The notes beneath the pieces were generated by a model, which had not been told where the DNA came from, did not search any database, and saw only the letters and a list, made by a program, of their open reading frames with translations. This document shows, piece after piece, positions 44,819 through 54,286 of a stretch of DNA of 64,000 bases. The stretch comes from Gammaproteobacteria bacterium. Its GTDB lineage: Bacteria > Pseudomonadota > Gammaproteobacteria > Eutrophobiales > Eutrophobiaceae. A program made the position numbers and the translations under genes. Where the stretch lies: the NCBI GenBank assembly GCA_026710545.1, contig JAPOQU010000069.1, positions 3,791 through 67,790 on the forward strand, read 5' to 3'. Positions within the stretch are counted from its first letter, which is position 1. Each line of letters opens with the position of its first letter.

Positions 44819-45343
44819 ATGACCGTCAGCAATACATGTCCGTGGAATCTGTTTAATTACGTATTGATATCCCTGGTACTTTTATTCCATTCACAAGCAA
44901 GCCCAGGTGATGATGCTCATGCAGCGCTTTCACAAGAGGAAAAACAAAACAAGCTGGTTATCGCAACGGCAATTATTGATGTCCTGAACAAGGGTCAATT
45001 CGAAAAAGTCGACGAGTTATTTGCAGATGAACTGGTCGAACATGATCCGTATCAGACTAAAACGAAGTCCCCCAAAGAGAATTTCATAACCGCGGTAACT
45101 GCTTTTCGCTCTGCATTTCCTGACGGCGTTATGACTATCGAGAAACAAATTGCCGAAGGAGACTTCGTTTCAACGAGATGGAGCAAAACCGGCACACACT
45201 CCGGTGAGTTTATGGGGATCGCCCCGACAAACCGCAAAATAACATTTAGCGGAATATTTTTCGACAGACTTGAAAACGGCAAGATTGTTGAGACCTGGGC
45301 AAACTACGACCTTTTCGGATTGTTACAACAGATTAGAGACTAG
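44819..45343 (+). CDS. secreted SnoaL-like (ester-cyclase/NTF2-fold) protein
   Basis: 174-aa ORF with a signal peptide and STRWSKTGTHSGEFMGIAPTNRKITFSGIFFDRLENGKIVETWANYD. The SD GGAG lies 9 nt upstream. Confidence 0.75.
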   Translation: MTVSNTCPWNLFNYVLISLVLLFHSQASPGDDAHAALSQEEKQNKLVIATAIIDVLNKGQFEKVDELFADELVEHDPYQTKTKSPKENFITAVTAFRSAFPDGVMTIEKQIAEGDFVSTRWSKTGTHSGEFMGIAPTNRKITFSGIFFDRLENGKIVETWANYDLFGLLQQIRD

Positions 45344-45462
45344 CGGATATTGACCTGTTCCCGTATCAAGTACGGGACAGGCTCTGGATATGGCAGAGTT
45401 TCCCTGGAAATAATATTATAATTATTGTCTGGATAGCTTCTATAATTTGCTATAATAGCATC

Positions 45463-45666
45463 ATGAAAACGACTATTGATATTCCTGATAATGAACTGGA
45501 AGATGCTATGCGGTTTACCAATGCCAAAACCAAGCGTGAGGCAGTAGTGACGGCCATTACTGATTTCAACCAGCGTAAACGCATGGCCGGTCTCATCAAA
45601 CATGCGGGTACCTGCAGCGCATTGATTACACCGGAAATATTGCAAGAACAGCGCCGGCAGCGCTGA
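45463..45666 (+). CDS. vapB: VapB-type antitoxin (DUF2191/Arc-MetJ-like)
   Basis: 67-aa ORF with MKTTIDIPDNELEDAMRFTNAKTKREAVVTAI. It is immediately upstream of the PIN gene. Confidence 0.7.
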   Translation: MKTTIDIPDNELEDAMRFTNAKTKREAVVTAITDFNQRKRMAGLIKHAGTCSALITPEILQEQRRQR

Positions 45667-45671
45667 ATCCC

Positions 45672-46052
45672 TTGATCCTGATCGATAGTTCATCCTGGAT
45701 TCATTTACTTCGCCCCAAAGGCGATCCTGCAGTTCGAACCAGGGTCGAAAATGCCTTGCAGTCGGGAGAGGCTTGCTGGTGCCCACTTATTCAACTGGAA
45801 CTGTGGAATGGCGCAGGCGGCCATCAGGAGAAAAAGGTTCTACGGGAATTTGCCCTGGCGCTTCCCGAGCTTCCGATTACTGATGGAGTCTGGCGCACGG
45901 CATATGATCTGGCACGCCGGGCACGCGAGTGCGGCACCACGATTCCAGCCAGTGATTTGGTCATCGCGGCTTGCGCAAAATTTCACGGGACCGGGCTGGA
46001 AACTTCGGACAGTGACTTCGCAAGATTGGAAAATGTTATCGTAGAGCTGTAA
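45672..46052 (+). CDS. vapC: PIN-domain toxin VapC
   Basis: 126-aa ORF (TTG start) with ILIDSSSWI (first acidic residue), IQLEL, ASDLVIAA and LETSDSDF. Confidence 0.85.
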   Translation: MILIDSSSWIHLLRPKGDPAVRTRVENALQSGEACWCPLIQLELWNGAGGHQEKKVLREFALALPELPITDGVWRTAYDLARRARECGTTIPASDLVIAACAKFHGTGLETSDSDFARLENVIVEL

Positions 46053-46258
46053 TTCACCGGTTTCCGGGCTCAGGTTGTTCCTGACCTGCCAACGCTGTAT
46101 AACTCCGTGCCGGCGCCTGTTTATGGAATGGCAGAAGTCAAACTGACCCCATTGATTTTCCAGGAAACGTTCTGGTTGCCCTGCATAGTGAAAATGCTGC
46201 ATTGCATAAATTTCTGTTAAAATAAGATACTAGAATAAAGACTGGTAGATCTTTTTTC

Positions 46259-48667
46259 ATGGGGGTGGTTGTGCACAAAAAGTATCTCGCTGCGGTTATT
46301 TCCGGTCTCTTATTAATCATGGTCTCCACCCTGTCCGGCGCTCAGGCAATGCTTGAAGAAGTTGTGGTGACCGCCCAGAAACGCGAACAGTCCATCCAGG
46401 ATGTGCCGATTTCCGTCAGTGCGCTCAGCAGCGAGGACCTGGCTGCTAACCTGGTAACCGATGTATTTGATTTACGCCAGGCAGTACCGGCGCTGGAAGT
46501 CCGCTCTGTCGACCCGCCATCCCAGGGCGCGTCATTTTCATTACGCGGTCTCGGTACATCGGTATTCAATATGGGTTTTGAGCCGACTGTAGCTACCTTT
46601 ATCGACGGCGTCTACCGCAGTCGTAGCGGCCTGACTACAGTGTTTGACCTGTTCGACCTGGAGCGGGTAGAGGTATTGAAAGGCCCCCAGGGTACCTTGT
46701 TCGGCAAGAACTCCACGGCCGGCGTCGTGCATTTCATTACCAATAAACCGGAACTGGGTGAAATGGACGTGATGGCCCAGGCTACCTACGAGGAGTACGA
46801 TCGTTTCCGTTTCAACGGCATGGTGAACGTACCCGTGAGTGAGACCCTGGCCGCACGCATATCGGCCTCGGTCGGTACCGGTGACGGCTGGATCGACAAT
46901 CTCTCAACCGGCAAGGATGAACGCGACCTGGACCGCTGGACCATCAAGGGTCAGTTGTTGTGGGAACCCGATGAGAACCTGAGCGTACGCCTGTCAGCGG
47001 ATTACAGCGAACTGGAAGAGTCCTGTTGCCAGCCGCTCGATATCATCAGCGACCCGTTTGTGCCGATCGTGAACCTCCCCTTGGCACAGGCCAATGGCTC
47101 CACCGAGAAACATCCTGCTGATATCGATGACCTTGAATCCTCGTCCAACTTCTCGTCAATCTGGGATGCTGAAGACCGGGGATTTTCCGCGGAGATCAAC
47201 TGGGATATCGGAAACGTGACGGTGACGTCCATTACGGCATACCGGGATTATGAAGATATCAACATCAAGGATAACGATTTCGGCGGTGTGGATATACTGC
47301 GTACCCAGCAGAACATGCCGGAGATCAGCCTGCTGTCGGAAGAATTCCGGCTCCACGGATTGCTTGAAGGCATCCCCTTCGGACAATCTCTGGATTGGAC
47401 CCTGGGTCTCTACTACGCGAGCGAAGATATTAAACGCTCAAATGAGTTTGTCTGGGCATCACAGATCACGTCGCTTCCCCAGTTCCCGCCTTTTCTCCCA
47501 CCCGGTTTCTTTGGGGGACAACCCGGCCGGGCATTTCTGGCCAGCTTTGAACACGAAGACGAGACATTTGCGATTTTTGCCCACGGTACGCTGGAGGTGA
47601 CCGACAAGCTTGCCGTCACGGGTGGATTCCGCTGGACCCGGGATGAGAAGAAAGCAAACCTGGTGAACGACCACCCTGCCAATAATGTCGGCTTTCTCGG
47701 TCTCGGGTTTCCTCCGTTTAATTACAACGTATTCCCTCTGCAGGTGGTCCATGACTACACCGCGAAGACGGAAAACGAGGAGCCTACCGGAACCGCAAGT
47801 ATCCAGTATAACTGGACCGACAATATCATGACTTTCTTCACCTACAGCCACGGCTTCAAGGCGGGTGGTGTAAGTCTGACACGCGACGCGGCAGGACCAA
47901 TGATCGCACTGGGTTCGCCTGCCGGATGCCCACCGGGCGGTACGCCGATTGGTCCGGTATGCGGCTTTGCCGTTGCCGGTGATCCCACTTTCCGGCCGGA
48001 ATTCGCCGATCACTATGAGATCGGTGTCAAATCCACCCTGCTCAATGATCGACTGCGACTGAACGTTGCGGCCTGGCGTACCGATTTCGAGGACCTGCAG
48101 GTGCAGACCCTGCAGCCTACCGGTAATTTCGCGGTGGATAATATCGCCGGCGCCCGCTCCCAGGGCGTCGAAATTGACGGCAACCTGCTGGTTACCGTAG
48201 GGTTGCGCCTCAACGCTTCGGTGCAATGGCTGGATGCGACTTTCGATAAAGGGATAGGACCGCTGACCCCTACTCCGGGGTTTATCCCGTTGGGAGATGA
48301 GAACCTGCCGTTCTCCTCGGAGTGGACCGGCACCGTAGGCGCCATCTTTGAACAGCCCCTTGCAGATACCGGTTGGGAACTGTTTCTCGGCGGTAACGTA
48401 TTCTTCCGCAGCGAGCAATACAATTTCACCGAACCCCGCTACGACCGCAAACTCGGTGGTTTTGAACTCCTTAACCTGCAGGGCGGACTGCGTTCCGCGG
48501 ATGGCAGGTGGGAGGTAAAAGGCTGGTGCCGCAACTGTGCCGACAAACGTTATACCTGGAGCCAGTTCCAGATACCGTTTGACGGGACTATCCTGGGGCA
48601 CTCGAGCGTCTGGGGTCACCCGGCGCCGCCACGCTTCATAGGCGGCACCGTGACCTTACGCTACTGA
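46259..48667 (+). CDS. TonB-dependent receptor (paralogue of 42439..44796)
   Basis: 802-aa ORF with the signal ...LSGAQA, then LEEVVVTAQKREQSIQDVPISVSAL. It ends ...GGTVTLRY. Confidence 0.85.
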   Translation: MGVVVHKKYLAAVISGLLLIMVSTLSGAQAMLEEVVVTAQKREQSIQDVPISVSALSSEDLAANLVTDVFDLRQAVPALEVRSVDPPSQGASFSLRGLGTSVFNMGFEPTVATFIDGVYRSRSGLTTVFDLFDLERVEVLKGPQGTLFGKNSTAGVVHFITNKPELGEMDVMAQATYEEYDRFRFNGMVNVPVSETLAARISASVGTGDGWIDNLSTGKDERDLDRWTIKGQLLWEPDENLSVRLSADYSELEESCCQPLDIISDPFVPIVNLPLAQANGSTEKHPADIDDLESSSNFSSIWDAEDRGFSAEINWDIGNVTVTSITAYRDYEDINIKDNDFGGVDILRTQQNMPEISLLSEEFRLHGLLEGIPFGQSLDWTLGLYYASEDIKRSNEFVWASQITSLPQFPPFLPPGFFGGQPGRAFLASFEHEDETFAIFAHGTLEVTDKLAVTGGFRWTRDEKKANLVNDHPANNVGFLGLGFPPFNYNVFPLQVVHDYTAKTENEEPTGTASIQYNWTDNIMTFFTYSHGFKAGGVSLTRDAAGPMIALGSPAGCPPGGTPIGPVCGFAVAGDPTFRPEFADHYEIGVKSTLLNDRLRLNVAAWRTDFEDLQVQTLQPTGNFAVDNIAGARSQGVEIDGNLLVTVGLRLNASVQWLDATFDKGIGPLTPTPGFIPLGDENLPFSSEWTGTVGAIFEQPLADTGWELFLGGNVFFRSEQYNFTEPRYDRKLGGFELLNLQGGLRSADGRWEVKGWCRNCADKRYTWSQFQIPFDGTILGHSSVWGHPAPPRFIGGTVTLRY

Positions 48668-48705
48668 AGCCAGCCTGCTCCAACGGAGCCTTGCTTATGA
48701 GACAA

Positions 48706-48737
48706 GCCCCACAGACAGCCCGTCTGTGGGGCTTTTT
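48706..48737 (+). terminator. canonical intrinsic terminator GCCCCACAGAC-agccc-GTCTGTGGGGC-TTTTT
   Basis: It has an 11-bp GC-rich stem, a 5-nt loop and a T5 run, 39 nt after the TonB-receptor stop. It lies inside the N-terminal extension of ORF 48691..51432. Confidence 0.8.
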
Positions 48738-48747
48738 CGCGTATGTC

Positions 48748-51432
48748 ATGGCCATGAGTCTCATACCGGGATCGCTGATTGTGAGATTGGCGCAGGCAGA
48801 GGATATGACTGCCTGGGAAAATACCACTACCCACACCCGGGAACGCTTGCACGCCATGGATGCGGTAATCAACCAGCAAGGCGACCCTGGTGAAGCCTAT
48901 GAAAATTATATGGCTACTTTCTCACCCTCCGTACGCGCACACGGTTTGTTGCCCGGTGTCGTTGCCGATCACGCCGCGGTCAGGGAATTCTATCACGGCT
49001 TGTTCGGCACGTTCGAGGACAGCGTACTGGTCAGTGACGAGTTGATCGTTGCCGGCCCTATGGCGGCACAGCGCTATCATTCTCTCGGATATATGACGGG
49101 CACGTTCGACGGTGTGGCAATGGACCGCAAACTGGTTGCCATTCGTGGTCAGACGTTCTTCCGACTCGATGCAGACGGCCTGATTGCCGAGCGCTGGTCA
49201 AACCATGACCACGCCTACCGGCTTGCACAGATTAAGGGCGAATCTGCTACCGAAGAAGGCAGGCAACTGGCCGGGTTGCTCAACGGACCAGGTTTGAGCG
49301 AACAGTCAGTTTACGACCGTCTGGCCTCCATGGCGGCAGCCTTCAACCTGATCCATGACCCGGATGAGCGTGAAACCCGCTTCCTCGCGTTCTTTGACAA
49401 GGATGTGGTCGTACATGGCATTAGCGCCGGACAGGCGGGACTGGGTGAGTTTGCGGATTATTGCCGGGCGCGCTGGCAGGCGTTACCGGACCTGGTCATC
49501 AGTCTCGAGGCGAAACTCTCCGCCTGGTCCATGGGCGCCGTGCGCTGGCGGGCAACGGGCTCATTTCGAGAACGCTATGACGATATTGAACTCACCCAGG
49601 CGCCGGTAACCCTGACCGGCGAAACGATACTGCGTTTCAACCAGGCGGGGAAGGTCGTGGAAATCTGGATCAACGATTCCGGCTTGTACGAACATACTGC
49701 AAATCATGAAAAAAGAAATGCCTATTTCGGTGACCTCCATGTCCATACCCGCCTGTCAGTCGATGCCTTTGCCTTCGGAGCTTTGGGATACCCTGACGAT
49801 GCCTATCGTTATGCGCGCGGGGCACCTGTCAAACACGCGAGCGGCCGGCATATCCGGATTAAAACACCTCTGGATTTTATGGCAGTCACGGACCATGCCG
49901 AATACCTGGGGGTGTTGAATGCAATGGGAGACCCTGCCAGTCCCCTGTCCAAACTGCAACTGGCCAGGGAACTATACAGCAAAGATAAATCGATGCTGGC
50001 CAGTGCTGTGGAAACATTCAAGGCCAGTATTTTCGGGAATCGCGCGCTGCCGGAACTGGTTGGGGAAGACACGCTGCAAACACTGTGGTCGGACACCATA
50101 GCGGCCGCGGAACGCCATTACAAACCCGGAACCTTCACAACCTTTATCGCCTTTGAGTGGTCGGCCACGCCCGACGGCGCCAACCTGCACCGCAACGTCA
50201 TTTTCCGGGGCGGCGCCGGCACGGTCCCCATCCGTCCGCTATCGGCTTTTGACAGCATAAATCCGGAGGACCTGTGGGAATATATGGATCAGGCACGACG
50301 CGCTGGCGCCGATGTCATTGCAATCCCGCATAATTCCAACCTGAGCGACGGCCGCATGTTCCCGCTCTATCAATCCGCAGGGCAGCTTGTCGACCGTGAC
50401 TACGCCGAGACCCGCATACGCAACGAGCCACTGGTTGAACTCTTGCAGATCAAAGGCTCATCAGAGACGCATCCCCTGATATCTGCCACGGATGAATGGG
50501 CATCCTTCGAATTGCTTGAGGAATTGATGGGAGGCAGTGGAAGAAACGGCGCTGTCAAGGGCAGTTACGTTCGGGATGCCTACAGGACCGGGCTGCAAAT
50601 TAACAATGAGATCGGTATTAATCCGTATCAATTCGGGCTTATCGGCAGCAGTGATTCCCACAATGCGAGCGTCCCGGTTGAGGAGGACAACTATAGCGGG
50701 AAGATCGGAACCGGCGACGCTACGCCGGAATCCAGGCGCTATGGGGGTTCCATAACCAGTCAGAACATCAAGTACAGCGCGGCGGGTCTTGCCGGCGTAT
50801 GGGCCGAGGAAAACACCCGGGAGTCTATCTTTGCCGCGTTGAAGCGCAAGGAGGCATTTGCGACAAGCGGCCCGCGCATCCGTATAAGGATGTTCGCCGG
50901 GTGGTCTTTTGAAGATTCCATTCTCTGGCGACCGGACATGATCCGGACGGCATACGCAAACGGCGTCGCGATGGGTGGCAATCTCCACGCGGCCGGGAGC
51001 AGAACGAAGATCCCCCGGTTGCTTATCAGTGCCATGCGGGACCCTGACAGTGCCCCGCTGCAGCGCTTGCAGGTTATCAAGGGCTGGCTGGCAGACGGGG
51101 AAACCCATGAGAGGGTGTTCGACGTGGTGTGTTCGGACGGGCTGGAACCGGTGAATTACCGCTGCCCGGATAACGGGGCAACGGTTGACCTGGACGATTG
51201 CGGTCATTCCGCGGACAGGGGAGATGTTGAACTGGCCGGCGTCTGGACCGATCCGGACTTCGATGCTGCGTCGTCTGCCTTTTATTATGCGCGTGTGCTG
51301 GAGAATCCCACCTGCCGCTGGAGCACCTGGGATGCGCTGCGTATGGGCTGGGATTTGCCGTCCGAAGTACCTGCCGTTATCCAGGAACGCGCTTGGACTT
51401 CACCGGTATGGTATGAACCCGGCAAAAAGTAA
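48748..51432 (+). CDS. fusion protein: two SnoaL-like (NTF2-fold) domains plus a DUF3604 (PHP-like metal-dependent hydrolase) domain
   Basis: The start is moved to ATG 48748, after the terminator (48805 is an alternative). The N-terminal ~330 aa contain two ester-cyclase-like repeats (...FFRLDADGLIAERWSNHDH..., ...ILRFNQAGKVVEIWINDSG). The DUF3604 core follows: YFGDLHVHTRLSVDAF, MAVTDHAEY, IPHNSN. Confidence 0.7.
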   Translation: MAMSLIPGSLIVRLAQAEDMTAWENTTTHTRERLHAMDAVINQQGDPGEAYENYMATFSPSVRAHGLLPGVVADHAAVREFYHGLFGTFEDSVLVSDELIVAGPMAAQRYHSLGYMTGTFDGVAMDRKLVAIRGQTFFRLDADGLIAERWSNHDHAYRLAQIKGESATEEGRQLAGLLNGPGLSEQSVYDRLASMAAAFNLIHDPDERETRFLAFFDKDVVVHGISAGQAGLGEFADYCRARWQALPDLVISLEAKLSAWSMGAVRWRATGSFRERYDDIELTQAPVTLTGETILRFNQAGKVVEIWINDSGLYEHTANHEKRNAYFGDLHVHTRLSVDAFAFGALGYPDDAYRYARGAPVKHASGRHIRIKTPLDFMAVTDHAEYLGVLNAMGDPASPLSKLQLARELYSKDKSMLASAVETFKASIFGNRALPELVGEDTLQTLWSDTIAAAERHYKPGTFTTFIAFEWSATPDGANLHRNVIFRGGAGTVPIRPLSAFDSINPEDLWEYMDQARRAGADVIAIPHNSNLSDGRMFPLYQSAGQLVDRDYAETRIRNEPLVELLQIKGSSETHPLISATDEWASFELLEELMGGSGRNGAVKGSYVRDAYRTGLQINNEIGINPYQFGLIGSSDSHNASVPVEEDNYSGKIGTGDATPESRRYGGSITSQNIKYSAAGLAGVWAEENTRESIFAALKRKEAFATSGPRIRIRMFAGWSFEDSILWRPDMIRTAYANGVAMGGNLHAAGSRTKIPRLLISAMRDPDSAPLQRLQVIKGWLADGETHERVFDVVCSDGLEPVNYRCPDNGATVDLDDCGHSADRGDVELAGVWTDPDFDAASSAFYYARVLENPTCRWSTWDALRMGWDLPSEVPAVIQERAWTSPVWYEPGKK

Positions 51433-51453
51433 TCAATTGGTTCTGCCAGGGCA

Positions 51454-52797
51454 TCAGGTATTTATTTCCGGAGTCAGGTTCTTCCTCGCCAGCCAGCGCC
51501 GTATGACACCGTGCCGGTGCTTGTTGATTGGATGATTATACAGTAACGCCGCCCCGGCAATACCTATGATGGCAGGAAGGAAAAGCCCGACGAAAATAAG
51601 TCCCCGTATTGCCGATTCGCTATTCTCACCCGTCGCCAGGAAACCGAACACGCTCAGCAACGGCAGGGCGATCCCCACTCCGCCGGCAAAGGCGACCTTT
51701 ACCATGAAGTTATAAACCGCCATATATATCGCTGCATCGTCGCTCCCCCCTTTCATCATGCCATACTCGATGGTGTCCGCGATAAGTGCCGGCGGCATGA
51801 CCCAGATGACCGAGATGATCGGTCCGTGCACAAGAGCGACCAACAATAACTGCGAAAAGTCTCCAGGACTGACCAACAGGTACAGGGGTTGCACCACCAG
51901 ATAGCCAAATCCGCCCCAGACAAGGGCCCGATGTCGGCCATAACGATTGCCGAATTTGACCCACAGCGGCAAACAGGCAATACCGATGACATATTGTATC
52001 AGCACAAATTTCAAAAATGCCGAACGTGGAAACTCCAATATATGTTCGAAAGTGAATACGAGCGAAGCATTCATCACGCTACCGCCAAGCCAGAGAAAAA
52101 AGATGGCGATGATCAGACGCAGAAACGGTCTGTTTCCCGACAACAGTTTCAAGGTAGATATCAACCCGTGTTTGCCGGATTCAACAAACGGGGCTTTCGG
52201 TGTAACTGCCGTTGCCACGAAAACGGCAAACGGTATCAAAACCAGTAAAAATGCGACATAGACCCACAATATGTCCCGCAGGGCAGGATTTTCTTCTCTC
52301 AGAAACAGGACAGGGAGCAGTGTCGCCAGGATGACCCCTATCATTGTGCCCGTCTCCCGGAATCCGTTGATACGGGTTCGTACCGTATAATCCCGCGACA
52401 ACTCGGCGCCCCAGGATAAATAGGGAATCTGTACTGTAGTCCAGGCGACGTAAAATACCAGAGCCACAACGAACAGGTAAGTTTTGTCGACGGCTAAGGG
52501 CGGGCTCAGAAACAGGTACAGGCTGATCATCAACAGTGGAACGCCGGCCACGATCCAGGGTTTGCGGCGTCCCCAGGCGCCCCGGGTCTGATCAGAGAAA
52601 TGTCCGATAAGGGGATCCGTGATCGCATCCCAGGCGCGCGCCATGAAGAAAATACCACCTACTGCGGCCAGTTCCAGCCCCAGTTCCGCGGCGTAAAACG
52701 GCGGCACATAAATTATCAGCGGCATTCCCAGCATCGCAAGTGGGATCGCCGGCAACATATAGGCCAGCAGGGAAGTTCTGTCAGTGGCAGATCTCAT
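51454..52797 (-). CDS. MFS transporter, GPH (glycoside-pentoside-hexuronide:cation symporter) family
   Basis: It has DAITDPLIGHFSDQTRGAWGRRKPWIVAG (GPH signature) and is polytopic. ATG 52797 lies 1 nt after the upstream stop. The ORF-track start 52881 would overlap the upstream gene. Confidence 0.8.
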   Translation of the reverse strand: MRSATDRTSLLAYMLPAIPLAMLGMPLIIYVPPFYAAELGLELAAVGGIFFMARAWDAITDPLIGHFSDQTRGAWGRRKPWIVAGVPLLMISLYLFLSPPLAVDKTYLFVVALVFYVAWTTVQIPYLSWGAELSRDYTVRTRINGFRETGTMIGVILATLLPVLFLREENPALRDILWVYVAFLLVLIPFAVFVATAVTPKAPFVESGKHGLISTLKLLSGNRPFLRLIIAIFFLWLGGSVMNASLVFTFEHILEFPRSAFLKFVLIQYVIGIACLPLWVKFGNRYGRHRALVWGGFGYLVVQPLYLLVSPGDFSQLLLVALVHGPIISVIWVMPPALIADTIEYGMMKGGSDDAAIYMAVYNFMVKVAFAGGVGIALPLLSVFGFLATGENSESAIRGLIFVGLFLPAIIGIAGAALLYNHPINKHRHGVIRRWLARKNLTPEINT

Positions 52798-52798
52798 A

Positions 52799-54277
52799 TC
52801 ATGACTCCTTATACTGGGGAAGTTCATGCCTTGGCCAATAGGGCCGGGTGAATCTCCTGTACGGAATACTCGCAAAATCAAAGTTCAGGGTCCCCGGACT
52901 GGCCACATATAATATCTCCGCCGCCAGGGGAGCAAAACCTGTATAAAAGTGCTGGCTGGATTTAACGATAATCAGTTTCATCTCCTCCAGGTTGATCCCC
53001 AACGCGGTAAATATTTCCGGATGAAGCGTCTGACACCGAGCTTCGCTGATGACAATATTCACGTTCGCAGGGCTTGCGTCCACCGGGGTTACCCAGACCA
53101 GACTACCCACGGGTTGCCGTCCTCCACCCGTATCAGGCTGCGAATAATGTTCCAGTATCGAACGCACCCTGACCGTCAGTTGCACAGGATTACCGGACAC
53201 TTCACCATTCTTGCCGCCCAGTTGCAAGTCAGTGATTACGCCGCTACCTGCATTTTTACACCTGGCAACGGACTCGGAGTCCCAGTAGACGCCGCTCGCT
53301 ACCTGGCTGATGTTGCGCGACAAAACCTGCTCAAGGATAAAAGTGGCATCTGTGGGCGCACCGCCGCCGGCATTATCCGCAGTATCCGCAATAACAACAG
53401 GGTGGCGCTCAGCTGCGCAGGCGCGCGTCAGCGCCTCATTAATCCCCGGGTATTGTGGATGAGTTTCATGGCGCATCGACCAGATTTCCTTACCCAACTC
53501 TGCTGCTGCCTGAGTGGCGTACGCCTCGTTCCCATTCGTATACACCAATACTTTCGCGCCGTTGTGCTCGCTGTCACCCCAGGGGAATCCGTGACAGAAG
53601 GAAATGGAAATTATTTCTTCCGTCTCTTCCAGTCCACGCAATTTTTCTACAAAACTGCCCATCGGCTGTTCGGTGGTTTTCCATGTGCTGATCATGCGGC
53701 AATCGAATACACTGCCAAGCGGTTGTAACCGGCCTTCCGCGATGGCTGTGCTCAGGTGAAACAATCGCTCGCCGCAGTCCATAACATCAGTGTGTGGATA
53801 CTCCTTGTAAGTTATGAGCAGGTCCGCACAGTCAACCATCTCCGGCGACAGCAGGCAATGCAAGTCCAACTCTGCGCCAATCACCGTGTCAGGACCAACC
53901 AGTTGCCTGACTGCCTTTAGTAAGTCTCCTTCACAATCATCACATCCGGTGGCCAACATCGCACCGTGTAACTGCAATAACACCACGTCAACCGGCAGCG
54001 CCTGTTCAAGGTCCGAGAGAATTTCCTGTTTGAATGCTTCATACACCGCCATGTCGACAGGACCGCCCGGTTGGGCAACTGCACCCAGACTCTCGACAAC
54101 TTCATGCCCGGCTGCTGCCGCCATCCGGCGCCAACCGGCTAAAACCGGGCCAAACAGCTTATCCCGGCTGCTGGCATTGCCATGCCATAAACCGAACTGT
54201 CTGAATTCATCCATCCCTGTAGGAATGGGTGAGAACGAATTTGTCTCGGTCAGCAGCAATGCAATAAAGTATTTCAC
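52799..54277 (-). CDS. M81-family (MlrC-like) metallopeptidase
   Basis: 492-aa ORF with LLTETNSFSPIP, LLQLHGAM, AELDLHCLL and YKEYPHTDV, matching the MlrC N- and C-domain patterns. Confidence 0.8.
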   Translation of the reverse strand: MKYFIALLLTETNSFSPIPTGMDEFRQFGLWHGNASSRDKLFGPVLAGWRRMAAAAGHEVVESLGAVAQPGGPVDMAVYEAFKQEILSDLEQALPVDVVLLQLHGAMLATGCDDCEGDLLKAVRQLVGPDTVIGAELDLHCLLSPEMVDCADLLITYKEYPHTDVMDCGERLFHLSTAIAEGRLQPLGSVFDCRMISTWKTTEQPMGSFVEKLRGLEETEEIISISFCHGFPWGDSEHNGAKVLVYTNGNEAYATQAAAELGKEIWSMRHETHPQYPGINEALTRACAAERHPVVIADTADNAGGGAPTDATFILEQVLSRNISQVASGVYWDSESVARCKNAGSGVITDLQLGGKNGEVSGNPVQLTVRVRSILEHYSQPDTGGGRQPVGSLVWVTPVDASPANVNIVISEARCQTLHPEIFTALGINLEEMKLIIVKSSQHFYTGFAPLAAEILYVASPGTLNFDFASIPYRRFTRPYWPRHELPQYKES

Positions 54278-54286
54278 GGGACCGGC

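Noticed and set aside
45340-45786. 148-aa minus-strand ORF overlapping vapB and the start of vapC
   Set aside because: The opposite strand encodes a motif-supported VapB/PIN pair with tight spacing. The antisense translation has no recognisable features.
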